Below, piece after piece: positions 11,519 through 21,475 of a stretch of 63,149 nt of DNA. The stretch lies in the NCBI GenBank assembly GCA_001788395.1, contig MGBT01000060.1, positions 4,233-67,381 of the forward strand, read 5' to 3'. A program made the position numbers and the translations under genes. The notes under the pieces are model-generated. The model was not told the origin of the DNA and made no database searches. It saw only the letters and a program-made list of their open reading frames with translations. Position 1 is the stretch's first letter. Every line of letters starts with the position of its first letter. The stretch is from Candidatus Rokubacteria bacterium GWA2_70_23 (GTDB lineage Bacteria; Methylomirabilota; Methylomirabilia; Rokubacteriales; CSP1-6).

Positions 11519-12310
11519 TTGACCGCCATGGCGTTCACCCCCGGAACAGGCGTCCCCTCGGCAGAGCCTTCCCTTCTGGCCGACGAGGAGCTCCGGGAGC
11601 GGGTGCTGGCCGGCCCTCTTCCCCGCCACGTGGCGATCATCATGGATGGCAACGGCCGCTGGGCCACGCGCCGCGGTCTGCCCCGGGTGGCTGGCCATCG
11701 TGAGGGGGTCAAGGCCGTCCGCGAGGTCGTGCGCGCCGCCGGCGAGCTCGGGATCAAGTTCCTCACGCTGTACGCCTTCTCCTCGGAGAACTGGAACCGC
11801 CCGATCGCCGAGGTCTCCACCCTGATGACCATCCTCGAGCGCAGCATCGCCCGGGAGCTGCCGGAGCTCATGGCGCGCAACGTCCGCTTTCGCGTCATCG
11901 GCCGGCCCAACGGGGTGCCTGCGGCGGTGAAGCGGAGGATCGACCGGCTGGTGAAGGCGACTGCCGACAACACGGGCCTCACCCTGCTGATGGCCCTCAA
12001 CTACGGCGGCCGCGACGAGCTGGTGGACGCCGCCCGGCGGCTCGCCGAGGACGTCCGTGCAGGCGCGCTCAGGCCCGAGGAGATCGATGAAGCACGGCTC
12101 TCGCGGGCGCTGTACACCGACGGCGTGCCCGACCCCGATCTCCTCATCCGGACCAGCGGCGAGATGCGGGTCTCCAACTTCCTCCTCTGGCAGATCGCTT
12201 ACACGGAGCTCTGGATCACGTCCACGCTCTGGCCCGATTTCGGCCGGCGCGACCTCTACGTGGCCGTGGCCGAGTTCCAGTGCCGCGACCGCCGCTTCGG
12301 GCGGGTGTGA
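11519..12310 (+). CDS. uppS: Isoprenyl transferase (undecaprenyl-diphosphate synthase)
   Basis: HVAIIMDGNGRWA and FSSENWNRP motifs. Start is TTG 11519 or ATG 11528. Confidence 0.95.
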   Translation: MTAMAFTPGTGVPSAEPSLLADEELRERVLAGPLPRHVAIIMDGNGRWATRRGLPRVAGHREGVKAVREVVRAAGELGIKFLTLYAFSSENWNRPIAEVSTLMTILERSIARELPELMARNVRFRVIGRPNGVPAAVKRRIDRLVKATADNTGLTLLMALNYGGRDELVDAARRLAEDVRAGALRPEEIDEARLSRALYTDGVPDPDLLIRTSGEMRVSNFLLWQIAYTELWITSTLWPDFGRRDLYVAVAEFQCRDRRFGRV

Positions 12311-13176
12311 TGGACAGGACGCATCACGTGCCGCTCCCCACGCCCATGGAAACTCCGACGCCGCCGGCGGCTGCCGCCCTGGGCAAGCGCGTGCTCAGCA
12401 CCCTCATCCTCCTGCCGGCCTTCGTCTGGGTGGTGGCGTTCGCCCCGGCCTGGGTGTTCACCCTGGTCATCGTGCTGGTGGCGTCGCTCGGGCAGTGGGA
12501 GTTCACGCGGATGTTCGAGCACGCCGGGGTGCGCCCCTTCAGCGGCCTCGCTCTCGTGGGGGGCGCGGCGGTGACGGCGAGCTTCGGGCTGCCGGAGGCC
12601 GTCCCGGTGGCGTTCAGCCTGGTGGTGCTGGGCGTGCTGACCGTCGGGCTCGCCCGGGGGTCGCAGCCGGCGTCCTGGGAGCCGGCGGCCATCACTCTTC
12701 TCGGCATCTGCTACGTGAACTGGCTCCTCGGGTACGCCCTGTGGCTCCGGGGCCTTCCGGCAGGCGTGGGCTGGGTGCTGCTGCTCGTCTGGGTGACCTG
12801 GATCGGGGAGACCGCGGCGTATCTCGTGGGCTCGACGCTCGGCCGGCACAAGCTGGCCCCCGTGGTGAGCCCGAAGAAGACCATGGAGGGGTCCCTCGCG
12901 CAGCTTCTCGTCTCGGCCCCCGCCGCGCTGGTGGCCGGGGCGTGGCTCTTCCCCGAGCGCTCGGCGTGGGATGCCGTGGTGGTGGGACTCCTGCTGGGCG
13001 TGGTGGGACAGCTGGGCGATCTCGTGGAGTCGCTGCTCAAGCGGAGCGTCGGCACGAAGGACACGGGCCACATCATCCCGGGCCACGGCGGCATGCTGGA
13101 CCGCCTGGACGGCCTGCTCTTCAACGCCCCGGTGCTCTTCTACTACGTCACCTATGGGAGGCTCGTCGGCGCATGA
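12310..13176 (+). CDS. cdsA: Phosphatidate cytidylyltransferase
   Basis: ATG 12310 (ATGA-type overlap with uppS stop). Multi-TM protein with CDS signature SLLKRSVGTKDTGHIIPGHGGMLDRLD. Confidence 0.93.
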   Translation: MDRTHHVPLPTPMETPTPPAAAALGKRVLSTLILLPAFVWVVAFAPAWVFTLVIVLVASLGQWEFTRMFEHAGVRPFSGLALVGGAAVTASFGLPEAVPVAFSLVVLGVLTVGLARGSQPASWEPAAITLLGICYVNWLLGYALWLRGLPAGVGWVLLLVWVTWIGETAAYLVGSTLGRHKLAPVVSPKKTMEGSLAQLLVSAPAALVAGAWLFPERSAWDAVVVGLLLGVVGQLGDLVESLLKRSVGTKDTGHIIPGHGGMLDRLDGLLFNAPVLFYYVTYGRLVGA

Positions 13177-14378
13177 AGCGCGTCATCCTGCTGGGCGCGA
13201 CGGGCTCCATCGGCCGCCGCACGCTCGAGCTGGTCGACCAGTTCCCGACCCGGTTCCGCGTCGAAGGGCTCGCGGCCCGGGGCTCCAACCCCGAGCTCAT
13301 CGCCGACCTCTGCCTGAAGCACCGGCCGCGGGCTCTGGCGATCACCGATTCCCGGGCCGTGGACGCGGTCGTGCGGGCGCTGCCGCACCCCCGGCCGGAG
13401 ATCTTCTCGGGCGCGTCGGGGCTCGTGACGCTCGCCTCGCAGGTGGACGCCGACGTGGTCCTCTCCGCCATCGTGGGCGGGGCGGGGCTCCTGCCGACGA
13501 TGGCGGCCATCCAGTCGGGCAAGGCGATCGCGCTGGCCAACAAGGAAACGCTCGTGATGGCCGGCCCCCTCATGACCCACGCGGCACGGGAGCGGCGGGT
13601 GCCGCTCTTGCCAGTGGACTCGGAGCACAGCGCCATCTTCCAGTGCCTCCAGGGGCACAACCGGTCCGAGGTGCACCGCATCCTCCTCACGGCCTCAGGG
13701 GGGCCCTTCCGACGGCAATCGAAGGCCGACTTGGCTCGCGTGACGGTGGCGGAGACCCTCGATCACCCGACATGGAAGATGGGCGCCAAGATCACGGTGG
13801 ACTCGGCCACGCTCATGAACAAGGGGCTCGAGGTGATCGAGGCCCGCTGGCTCTTCGACCTCGTGCCCGGCCAGGTGCAGGTGATCGTCCACCCCCAGTC
13901 CATCGTCCACTCCATGGTCGAGTACGTGGACGGCTCGGTGATCGCCCAGCTCGGCGTGGCCGACATGGGGATCCCCATTCTCTACGCGCTGACCTACCCG
14001 AACCGTCTCCCCGGCGCCTCGGAGCGGCTCGACCTCACGCGCGTCGGGGCGCTGACCTTCGAGGAGCCCGATCTGGAGCGCTTCCCGTGCCTGGGCCTCG
14101 CGCGCCGAGCCCTCCTGGGGGGCGACTGCGCGCCCGCCATCCTGAACGCCGCCAACGAGGTGGCCGTGGCCGCCTTCCTGGAGGGACGCATCCCGTTCAC
14201 GCGGATCGCCGAGCTGATAGAGGACGCGCTCGCGTGCGTGCCTGGCCGGGCGCTCACGAGCATCGAGGTGTGCGTCGAGGTGGACGGGGAAACGCGCCGG
14301 CGCGTGAGCGAATGGCTCCCGGCCGGGAGAGGTCCTGCCGTCCGCGCAGCGGCCGGCGATGGAGGGGCAGGGTTGTGA
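13173..14378 (+). CDS. dxr: 1-deoxy-D-xylulose 5-phosphate reductoisomerase
   Basis: ATG 13173 (ATGA overlap) in ORF 12057..14378. ILLGATGSIGRRTL; LANKETLV; DSEHSAIFQCL. Confidence 0.96.
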   Translation: MKRVILLGATGSIGRRTLELVDQFPTRFRVEGLAARGSNPELIADLCLKHRPRALAITDSRAVDAVVRALPHPRPEIFSGASGLVTLASQVDADVVLSAIVGGAGLLPTMAAIQSGKAIALANKETLVMAGPLMTHAARERRVPLLPVDSEHSAIFQCLQGHNRSEVHRILLTASGGPFRRQSKADLARVTVAETLDHPTWKMGAKITVDSATLMNKGLEVIEARWLFDLVPGQVQVIVHPQSIVHSMVEYVDGSVIAQLGVADMGIPILYALTYPNRLPGASERLDLTRVGALTFEEPDLERFPCLGLARRALLGGDCAPAILNAANEVAVAAFLEGRIPFTRIAELIEDALACVPGRALTSIEVCVEVDGETRRRVSEWLPAGRGPAVRAAAGDGGAGL

Positions 14379-15736
14379 CGACGATCCTGGCGTTCGTGGT
14401 GGTCATCGGGCTCCTGATCCTGATCCACGAGCTCGGCCACTTCATCGTGGCGCGGCTGTGCGGCGTGGGGGTGGAGCGCTTCTCCCTGGGCTTCGGCCCG
14501 GTTCTCTGGCGCTTCAAGGGCAAGGAGACCGAGTACTGCCTCTCGGCGATCCCGATGGGCGGATACGTGAAGATGATGGGGGACGACGAGAACCCGCTGG
14601 AAGGCGGCAAGGGGGAGATCGTCGATCCCGCCAAGTCCTTCCACCTCAAGCCCCTCCTGGCGCGCTTCGCGATCGTGTTTGCCGGGCCGGGCATGAACTT
14701 CGTGCTCGCGGCGGTGATCTTCGCCCTGGTCTTCATGGTCGTCGGGCGGCCGGTCTTCCCCGCGGTGCTGGGTCGCGTGACCGAGGGCGGGCCCGCGGCG
14801 CGGGCGGGGGTCGGCCCGGGTGATCGCGTGGTGGCAGTGGACGGCCGTCCAGTGCAGTACTGGGACGAGGTGCTGCGCGCGGTCCAGGAGGGGCGTGGCC
14901 GGCCGCTCGGGCTGACCGTCTCGGGCCCGGGGGGCCAGCGGACGGTCACGGTGACGCCTTCGCGCACTACCGTCCGGGACGTGTTCGGTGACGAGCGGGA
15001 GATGTGGGATCTCGGGGTGCGCCCCTTCACGCCGGCCACCATCGGTGACGTGATCGCCGGCTATCCGGCCGCCAAGGCCGGCCTCAGGGGCGGCGACGCG
15101 GTGATTGCCCTGGGGGGGAAGCCCGTCTCGTCCTGGGAGGACCTAGCCGAGGCGATCCACAAGCGCGCGGGTCAACCGACCCGCCTCGAGGTCCGCCGGG
15201 GACAGGAGATCCTCACGGTCACCGTCGTGCCCACCCCCGTCAAGGACCGCGGCCCGGACGGCAAGGAGGTCGAGGTCGGGCGCATCGGCATCTCGCCCGC
15301 CCCGACGGGGATCTACGTCCGCTCCAATCCTGCCATGGCCGTCTTGGAGGGCGTGAGTCGCACGGTCGAGGTGACCGCGCTCACGGCCGTCGGGCTCTAC
15401 AAGATCGTCGTCGGGCAGCTATCGAGCTCCAACATCGGGGGCCCTATCCAGATCGCTCAGGCGGCGGGCGAACAGGCGCGGCAGGGGATGTCGAGCCTTG
15501 CCTTCTTCACGGCGGTGATCAGCGTGAACCTCGCACTGCTCAACCTCCTGCCGGTGCCCATGCTGGATGGCGGGCACCTGCTCTTCTTCGTGTGCGAGGC
15601 GATCCTCGGCCGCCCGCTGTCGCTCCGCAAGCGGGAGATGGCGCAGCAGGTGGGCTTCGTGCTGCTCATGCTCCTGATGGTGTACGCGGTCTACAACGAC
15701 CTGGCGCGCATCGATGTCTTCAAGTTTTTCCGCTGA
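14375..15736 (+). CDS. rseP: RIP zinc metalloprotease RseP (site-2 protease)
   Basis: GTG 14375 (GTGA overlap). HELGHF zinc motif, PDZ-like middle region, NLLPVPMLDGGH. Confidence 0.93.
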   Translation: MTTILAFVVVIGLLILIHELGHFIVARLCGVGVERFSLGFGPVLWRFKGKETEYCLSAIPMGGYVKMMGDDENPLEGGKGEIVDPAKSFHLKPLLARFAIVFAGPGMNFVLAAVIFALVFMVVGRPVFPAVLGRVTEGGPAARAGVGPGDRVVAVDGRPVQYWDEVLRAVQEGRGRPLGLTVSGPGGQRTVTVTPSRTTVRDVFGDEREMWDLGVRPFTPATIGDVIAGYPAAKAGLRGGDAVIALGGKPVSSWEDLAEAIHKRAGQPTRLEVRRGQEILTVTVVPTPVKDRGPDGKEVEVGRIGISPAPTGIYVRSNPAMAVLEGVSRTVEVTALTAVGLYKIVVGQLSSSNIGGPIQIAQAAGEQARQGMSSLAFFTAVISVNLALLNLLPVPMLDGGHLLFFVCEAILGRPLSLRKREMAQQVGFVLLMLLMVYAVYNDLARIDVFKFFR

Positions 15737-15788
15737 GCATCCGGCCCCGGCCGCTGCGGCGCCCGGCGGGCGGGAGGGAGCGCGATCC

Positions 15789-16880
15789 ATGTTTGAACGG
15801 CGCAAGACCCGGCAGATCGAGCTGGGCACGCTCAAGGTGGGAGGCGACGCTCCCGTCACCGTGCAGTCGATGACGAAGACCGACACCCGCAACGTGGAGG
15901 CCACCCTGCTGCAGATCTGGGCCCTCGAGGCGGCGGGCTGCGACATCGTCCGCTGCGCCGTGCCGGTCAAGGAAGCGGCGGAAAAGCTCGGGGAGATCAA
16001 GCGGCAGATCCGGATCCCTCTCGTGGCCGACATCCACTTCAACTACCGGCTCGCGCTCATCGCCCTCGATCAGGGTGTGGATGGCCTGCGGCTCAACCCC
16101 GGCAACATCGGCGGCAAGCAGATCGTCATGGAGGTGGTCGCCGCCGCCAAGGAGCGGAAGATCCCGATCCGGATCGGCGTCAACGGCGGCTCTCTCGAGA
16201 AGGACCTGCTGGCCACGTATGGCGGGCCCACGGCCCAGGGCATCGTGGAGTCGGCGCTCCGCCACATCCGCATTCTGGAAGACTGCAACTACCCGGAGAT
16301 GAAGGTCTCGCTGAAGGCTTCGGACCCCGCGATGATGATCGAGGCGTATCGCCTGCTGGCAGACCAGGTGGAGTATCCCTTCCACCTGGGAGTGACCGAG
16401 GCCGGCACTCCGGGCGTCGGCACCATCAAGTCCGCCGTGGGGCTCGGGACGCTCCTGGCCGAGGGGATCGGCGACACCATCCGCGTCTCCCTGTCGGCGG
16501 ACCCGACGGAGGAGGTGCGTGTCGGGATCGACATCCTCAAGGCGCTGGGCCTGCGCCAGGGCGGGCTCACCTTCGTCTCGTGCCCCTCGTGCGGGCGCGC
16601 GGACGTGGACCTCGTGGCGCTGGCCAAGGCGTGCGAGGACAAGCTCCGGGGGCTCAACGAGGAGATCCACGTGGCCGTCATGGGCTGCGAGGTCAACGGC
16701 CCAGGCGAGGCGCGGGCCGCCGACATCGGCGTGGCCGGAGGCAAGGGCATCGGCCTGATCTTCCGGAAGGGCGAGGTCGTCCGGAAGGTGCCCGAGGCGC
16801 AGATCGTGGACGCTATGTGGGAAGAGGTGGAGTCGTTCATCGCGGAGAGGAAGGCCGCCGAGGGCGCGGCGGGGCCATAG
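15789..16880 (+). CDS. ispG: 4-hydroxy-3-methylbut-2-en-1-yl diphosphate synthase
   Basis: ATG 15789 in ORF 15714..16880. VQSMT, GLRLNPGN, SCPSCGR and MGCEVNGPGE motifs. Confidence 0.96.
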   Translation: MFERRKTRQIELGTLKVGGDAPVTVQSMTKTDTRNVEATLLQIWALEAAGCDIVRCAVPVKEAAEKLGEIKRQIRIPLVADIHFNYRLALIALDQGVDGLRLNPGNIGGKQIVMEVVAAAKERKIPIRIGVNGGSLEKDLLATYGGPTAQGIVESALRHIRILEDCNYPEMKVSLKASDPAMMIEAYRLLADQVEYPFHLGVTEAGTPGVGTIKSAVGLGTLLAEGIGDTIRVSLSADPTEEVRVGIDILKALGLRQGGLTFVSCPSCGRADVDLVALAKACEDKLRGLNEEIHVAVMGCEVNGPGEARAADIGVAGGKGIGLIFRKGEVVRKVPEAQIVDAMWEEVESFIAERKAAEGAAGP

Positions 16881-16891
16881 GAGCGGGGTCC

Positions 16892-17224
16892 GTGGGACAG
16901 TACGAGCGGCACGTGTTCGTCTGCACCTCCGGGGAGACCTGCCCGACCCAGGGCGACGTGGAGCAGTACGTCAAGGCCTTGCGCACGGGTGCGGCCGCGG
17001 CCGGGAAGCGACAAGAGATCCGGATCAACAAGGCCGGGTGTTTCTCCCAGTGCGGACACGGGCCCATGATCGTCGTCTATCCCGAGAATGTCTGGTACGG
17101 GGGCGTGCAGGTGTCGGACCTCCAGGAGATCCTCGAATCCCACATCCTCGGTGGCACGCCCGTCGAGCGGCTGGTCTACGACCCCGGCGTCCCGGGGCCC
17201 AACAAGCGCGCGGAGGCCCGGTAG
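16892..17224 (+). CDS. Thioredoxin-like [2Fe-2S] ferredoxin
   Basis: GTG 16892 in ORF 16580..17224. HVFVCTSGETC and CFSQCGHGPMIVVYPENVWY are typical of this ferredoxin family. Confidence 0.8.
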   Translation: MGQYERHVFVCTSGETCPTQGDVEQYVKALRTGAAAAGKRQEIRINKAGCFSQCGHGPMIVVYPENVWYGGVQVSDLQEILESHILGGTPVERLVYDPGVPGPNKRAEAR

Positions 17225-17229
17225 CGTCC

Positions 17230-18933
17230 ATGCGGTGGAGCCGATCGCTCATTCCCACACTCAGGGAAGACCCCGCAGATGCGGAGGCCATCAGTCATAA
17301 ACTCATGGTGCGCGCCGGGCTGGTGCGGCAGCTGGCGGCGGGGATTTACGTGTACCTGCCGGTGGGCCTTCGCATCCTGAACAAGGTCAACACCATTATC
17401 CGCGAGGAGATGAACGCCATCGGGGGCCAGGAGCTGACGATGCCGGTACTCCACCCAGCGGAAATCTGGCAGCAGTCCGGCCGCTGGGATGCGATCGGCG
17501 GTGAGATGTTCCGGCTCAAGGACCGCAACCAGCGGGACATGTGTCTCGGCATGACCCACGAGGAGGTCATCGCGTGGCTCGCGGCTCACGAGATCCGCTC
17601 CTATCGGAACCTCCCCCAGGTGTGGTACCAGATCCAGACCAAGGAACGCGACGAGGCCCGGCCCCGCTCGGGCGTGCTCCGAACACGCGAATTCCTGATG
17701 AAGGACTCCTACACGCTGGATCCAGACCACGCTGCGCTGGACAAGTCCTACAACGACCACAAGGGCGCGTACTGCCGCATCTTCGACCGCTGCGGCATCG
17801 AGTACGTGGTGGTGGACTCGGACCCCGGCATGATGGGTGGCTCGGGCTCCCACGAGTTCATGGCGCCGAGCGCGGCCGGTGAGGACGACGTCGCGCTCTG
17901 CGACGGGTGCGGGTATGCGGCCAACGTCGAGCTGGCCCGGGGCGTTCCGGCGCAGGGGGTGCCGCCGGCGTGGACATTCGGGGAGGTGGCCACGCCCGAT
18001 GCCCGGACCATCGCCGAGGTCTGCGCGCTCCTCGGGATCGAGCCGGCGGTGACCATCAAGTCGCTGGTCTTCATGGGGCCCGAGGGCCCGGTACTGGCCC
18101 TGGTCAGGGGCGACCATGCGCTGCACGAGCGGAAGCTCGCGCGCGCGCTCCGCGCGGAGCCGCGTCCCGCCCAGGCCGACGAGGTGCGGGAGCATCTCGG
18201 GGTGCCGGTCGGGTTCGTCGGGCCCGTCAAGGTCAGCGGCGTGAGCCGCATCGTGGCCGACGAGTCGCTCCGGCAGGGGAGCTACGCAACCGGAGCCAAC
18301 CGTGACGGCTGCCACCTCACCGGTGTCGTTCCGGGCCGCGATTTCCAGTGCGAGTGGGCCGACCTGCAGACCGTCCTGCCTGGAGAAGCCTGCCCCGCAT
18401 GTGGCACTCCGCTCCGGGTGGCACGGGTCATCGAGGTGGGGAACATCTTCAAGCTGGGCACCAAGTACTCCGTCCCGCTCGGCGCGGTCTATCTCGACGA
18501 GCAGGGTCGGGAGCGGCCGATCGTCATGGGCTCCTATGGCATCGGGCCGGCGCGGATCGCAGCGGCTGCCGTCGAGCAGCGCCACGACGCGGATGGCATC
18601 ATCTGGCCGTGGAGCATCGCGCCCTTTCAGGTGCATCTGATTCCCGTGGCCATCCGGGACGCGGCCCAGGCGAGTGCCGCCGAGGAGATCTACCGGGATC
18701 TCACGGGGGCGGGCTTCGAGGTGCTCATGGACGATCGCGACGAGCGTGCCGGCGTGAAGTTCAAGGACGCCGACCTCCTGGGCGTCCCCATCCGTGTCAC
18801 GGTGGGACAGGGGTTCATCAAGCAAGGGCTGGTGGAGATCCGCGAGCGGGGAACCCGCCGGGAGCGGCGGGTGACGCGGGCGGAGGTGGTCGCGACGGTC
18901 GGAGACGTCGGCAGAAAGCTGTCCGGAGGCTGA
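17230..18933 (+). CDS. proS: Proline--tRNA ligase
   Basis: ATG 17230 in ORF 17038..18933. ISHKLMVRAGLVRQL; class II aaRS motifs. Confidence 0.96.
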   Translation: MRWSRSLIPTLREDPADAEAISHKLMVRAGLVRQLAAGIYVYLPVGLRILNKVNTIIREEMNAIGGQELTMPVLHPAEIWQQSGRWDAIGGEMFRLKDRNQRDMCLGMTHEEVIAWLAAHEIRSYRNLPQVWYQIQTKERDEARPRSGVLRTREFLMKDSYTLDPDHAALDKSYNDHKGAYCRIFDRCGIEYVVVDSDPGMMGGSGSHEFMAPSAAGEDDVALCDGCGYAANVELARGVPAQGVPPAWTFGEVATPDARTIAEVCALLGIEPAVTIKSLVFMGPEGPVLALVRGDHALHERKLARALRAEPRPAQADEVREHLGVPVGFVGPVKVSGVSRIVADESLRQGSYATGANRDGCHLTGVVPGRDFQCEWADLQTVLPGEACPACGTPLRVARVIEVGNIFKLGTKYSVPLGAVYLDEQGRERPIVMGSYGIGPARIAAAAVEQRHDADGIIWPWSIAPFQVHLIPVAIRDAAQASAAEEIYRDLTGAGFEVLMDDRDERAGVKFKDADLLGVPIRVTVGQGFIKQGLVEIRERGTRRERRVTRAEVVATVGDVGRKLSGG

Positions 18934-18984
18934 TCGCGCCGGGCTCCCTTGCGGGAGTCCCTCGGCGTGTGCTAAGGTGTCGTC

Positions 18985-19011
18985 AAAAGTGGGCGAAGCC
19001 CACTTTTTTTT
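18985..19011 (+). terminator. Rho-independent terminator after proS
   Basis: AAAAGTGGGC-GAA-GCCCACTTTT stem-loop followed by a T-run (to 19011). The only canonical intrinsic terminator I found. Confidence 0.8.
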
Positions 19012-19038
19012 CTGGCGTTTTCCTGGGGGGCGTGGGCC

Positions 19039-19533
19039 GTGAGTGACCCGGAAGGCCAGCTCGGGCGCATCGAGGCTGTGCTGTCCCCGGTCGTGCAGGA
19101 GCACGGGCTCTCGCTGGTGGACGCTGAATGGCGCAGGGAAGGCCGGCGGTGGGTGCTCCGGTTGTTCGTGGACAAGCCCGGGGGGGTCACGATCGCCGAC
19201 TGCCAGCGCCTGAGCCACGAGGCGGGTGACGTGCTTGATGTCTCCGGCCTCCTCCAGGAGGCGTATGACCTCGAGGTGTCCTCTCCGGGATTGGACCGCG
19301 AGTTGCGGAAAGACCGGGAGTTCGCCTGGGCAATCGGCAAGGAACTGCGGTGCTGGGTGCGCGAGCCCGTCGGCGGGCGCACCGAGTTCTGCGGTCGGCT
19401 GGTGGCGGTCACGGCCGGAGAGGTGATCGTCGAGGATGCACAGGGGGAGACGAGCATGCTGCCGCGCCATCTCGTGACCAAGGCGCGTCTGGTGCCCGTG
19501 TCCGCCGGCCGGCGGGCGCAGCAGGGGCCATGA
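19039..19533 (+). CDS. rimP: Ribosome maturation factor RimP
   Basis: GTG start. LRLFVDKPGGVTIADC and LEVSSPGLDREL are typical of RimP. Confidence 0.92.
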   Translation: MSDPEGQLGRIEAVLSPVVQEHGLSLVDAEWRREGRRWVLRLFVDKPGGVTIADCQRLSHEAGDVLDVSGLLQEAYDLEVSSPGLDRELRKDREFAWAIGKELRCWVREPVGGRTEFCGRLVAVTAGEVIVEDAQGETSMLPRHLVTKARLVPVSAGRRAQQGP

Positions 19534-20957
19534 TCAACAAAGAGCTCATCTACGTGATCCAGCAGATCGGCAACGAGAAGGGGATCGGGACCGAGGTCCT
19601 CTTCGAGGCGCTGGAGTCTGCCCTGCTCTCGGCGTCCAAGAAGACCATGGGCGCCGCCGACAACGTGCGGATGCATCTGAACCGGCAAACGGGCGCCCTC
19701 CAGGTTTTCGCCCGGAAGAAGGTCGTGGAGGAGGTCTCCGATCCGACGCTCGAGATCAGCGTGGCCGAGGCCCGGGTGCTGAACAGCGATGCGCGGCTGG
19801 AGGACGAGATCGAAGTGGAGCTGCCGCACAAGGAGTTCGGTCGCATTGCCGCGCAGACGGCGAAGCAGGTGATCCTCCAGCGGGTCCGCGACGCCGAGCG
19901 CGACGCGATCTACGCGGAGTTCATCGACAAGGAAGGCAAGATCGCCCGGGGCGTCGTGCACCGCATCGAGAAGCGCAACGTCATCGTGGAGCTCGGCAAG
20001 ACCGAGGGCGTGATCCCGGAGCGCGAGCAGATCCCGGGAGAGCGCTACAACCCCGGCGATCGGGTGCGGGCGTACGTGCTGGAGGTCAAGAAGACGGCCA
20101 AGGGCCCGCAGATCATGCTGTCCCGGACCCACCCGGGGCTGCTGGCGCGGCTCTTCGAGGCCGAGATCCCGGAGATCGCCGAGGGCATCGTGCAGGTGCG
20201 GGCGGCGGCACGGGAGCCCGGCGAGCGGGCGAAGGTGGCCGTCGCCTCCACCAAGCGCGACGTGGACCCGATCGGCGCCTGCGTCGGGCTTCGCGGCACG
20301 CGCATCCAGGTCATCAGCCGCGAGTTGCGCGGGGAGAAGATCGACATCGTGGAGTGGTCGGCCGATCCCGCGACGTTCGTGGGCCGGGCGCTCTCCCCCG
20401 CGAAGGTGGCGTCGGTCACGGTGGGCGATCTCGAGGAGGAGGGCGATCACCGCTCCGTCCTCGTGGTGGTGCCGGACAACCAGCTCTCCCTCGCCATCGG
20501 CAAGCGCGGCCAGAACGCCCGTCTCGCCGCCAAGCTCACGGGTCTCCGGGTCGACATCAAGAGCGAGACCGAGGTGGAGGAGGAGCGGCGCCGCGAGGAG
20601 GAGGAGCGGATCCTCGGACGGGAGGCGCTGGTCGAGCTTCCCGGCGTGGGGCCGCAGCTCGTCGAGCGCCTCGTCGAGGCGGGGCTGTCCTCGCCCGCTC
20701 GCATCGTGCGAGGAGGCCTGAGCGCTCTGGAGACCGTGGCCGGGGTCGGCGAGAAGAAGGCCACCAGCCTGCTGGCGTCAGCCACGGAGTGGGTGGCCCA
20801 GCATCCCACGCCCCAGCCCGTTTCCGAGGCTGAGGCCGCTGCCGGCGAGGCTGCGGTCGAGACGGAACCGGAGGGGCAACCGCGCGTCGAGGACCGCGCG
20901 GAGAGTGCGGGGGAGGGCAGCACTGCGGAACATCCCCCGCGAGCCTCGGCGGGGTGA
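19530..20957 (+). CDS. nusA: Transcription termination/antitermination factor NusA
   Basis: ATG 19530 (ATGA overlap). N-terminal domain, S1 and KH ([13 protein letters not shown]) segments. Confidence 0.96.
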   Translation: MINKELIYVIQQIGNEKGIGTEVLFEALESALLSASKKTMGAADNVRMHLNRQTGALQVFARKKVVEEVSDPTLEISVAEARVLNSDARLEDEIEVELPHKEFGRIAAQTAKQVILQRVRDAERDAIYAEFIDKEGKIARGVVHRIEKRNVIVELGKTEGVIPEREQIPGERYNPGDRVRAYVLEVKKTAKGPQIMLSRTHPGLLARLFEAEIPEIAEGIVQVRAAAREPGERAKVAVASTKRDVDPIGACVGLRGTRIQVISRELRGEKIDIVEWSADPATFVGRALSPAKVASVTVGDLEEEGDHRSVLVVVPDNQLSLAIGKRGQNARLAAKLTGLRVDIKSETEVEEERRREEEERILGREALVELPGVGPQLVERLVEAGLSSPARIVRGGLSALETVAGVGEKKATSLLASATEWVAQHPTPQPVSEAEAAAGEAAVETEPEGQPRVEDRAESAGEGSTAEHPPRASAG

Positions 20958-21241
20958 GAGCGGGACCCGAGCGGACCTGTCTCGGGTGTCGGCAGGTTCG
21001 CCCCAAGGCAGCGTTCCTCCGGCTGAGTCGAGGCGAGGATGGTCGGGCACAGGTGGGTGCGACGGGTACAGGGCGCGGTGCCTATGTGTGCCCGTCGGAG
21101 GAGTGCCTGGGGAAGGCGCTCAGCAAGGGCCGGCTCGGTCACGCCTTCAAGCGGGCGACCGAGCCACCCGCTGACGGTCCGGCCACGATCCTGGCCACGG
21201 TTCGTGGGGGAGTGCGGGGGCCATTTCTGGGCCCCCGCTGA
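20954..21241 (+). CDS. ylxR: YlxR/DUF448 family RNA-binding protein
   Basis: GTG 20954 (GTGA overlap with nusA). [12 protein letters not shown] and GRGAYVC motifs. The last ~9 codons and the stop lie inside repeat copy 1. Confidence 0.85.
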   Translation: MRAGPERTCLGCRQVRPKAAFLRLSRGEDGRAQVGATGTGRGAYVCPSEECLGKALSKGRLGHAFKRATEPPADGPATILATVRGGVRGPFLGPR

Positions 21242-21410
21242 TGGTAGAGAGTGGAGCCTGAGGCCTGGCGGGGGGTGAAGGCATGGCGGGGGCCATTTCT
21301 GGGCCCCCGCTGATGGGAGAGAGTGGAGCCTGAGGCCTGGCGGGCGGTGAAGGCATGGCGGGGGCCATTTCTGGGCCCCCGCTGATGGGAGAGAGTCGAG
21401 CCCGAGGGCT
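21214..21410 (+). repeat. 72-bp tandem repeat, about 2.7 copies, each with a 9-bp GC hairpin
   Basis: Unit starts at 21214, 21286 and 21358. Copies 1 and 2 differ at 2 positions by my reading. Each unit carries GCGGGGGCC-ATTTCTG-GGCCCCCGC. Confidence 0.9.
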
Positions 21411-21475
21411 CGTGCGATGTGCAGACATGCGGGGTAGGATTCCGGGCAAGGGGGAGACAGGCTTTGGCAGGACGC

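Noticed and set aside
17176-19470. Very long minus-strand ORF (764 aa). Similar long antisense or alternate-frame ORFs occur at 33032..36166, 57212..59344, 39141..40907, 28009..29991 and 21139..22674.
   Set aside because: They lie antisense to, or out of frame with, genes that have unambiguous family motifs (proS, purL, Fe-S oxidoreductase, purH, pnp, infB). Their products are Arg/Ala/Gly/Pro-rich low-complexity strings. Stop-codon scarcity in GC-rich DNA explains them.
21214-21410. Tandem repeats at 21.2 kb and 57.4 kb considered as a CRISPR array.
   Set aside because: The units are contiguous, with no unique spacers between repeats. The periods (72 and 66 bp) reflect whole-unit duplication. 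No cas genes are in the window.
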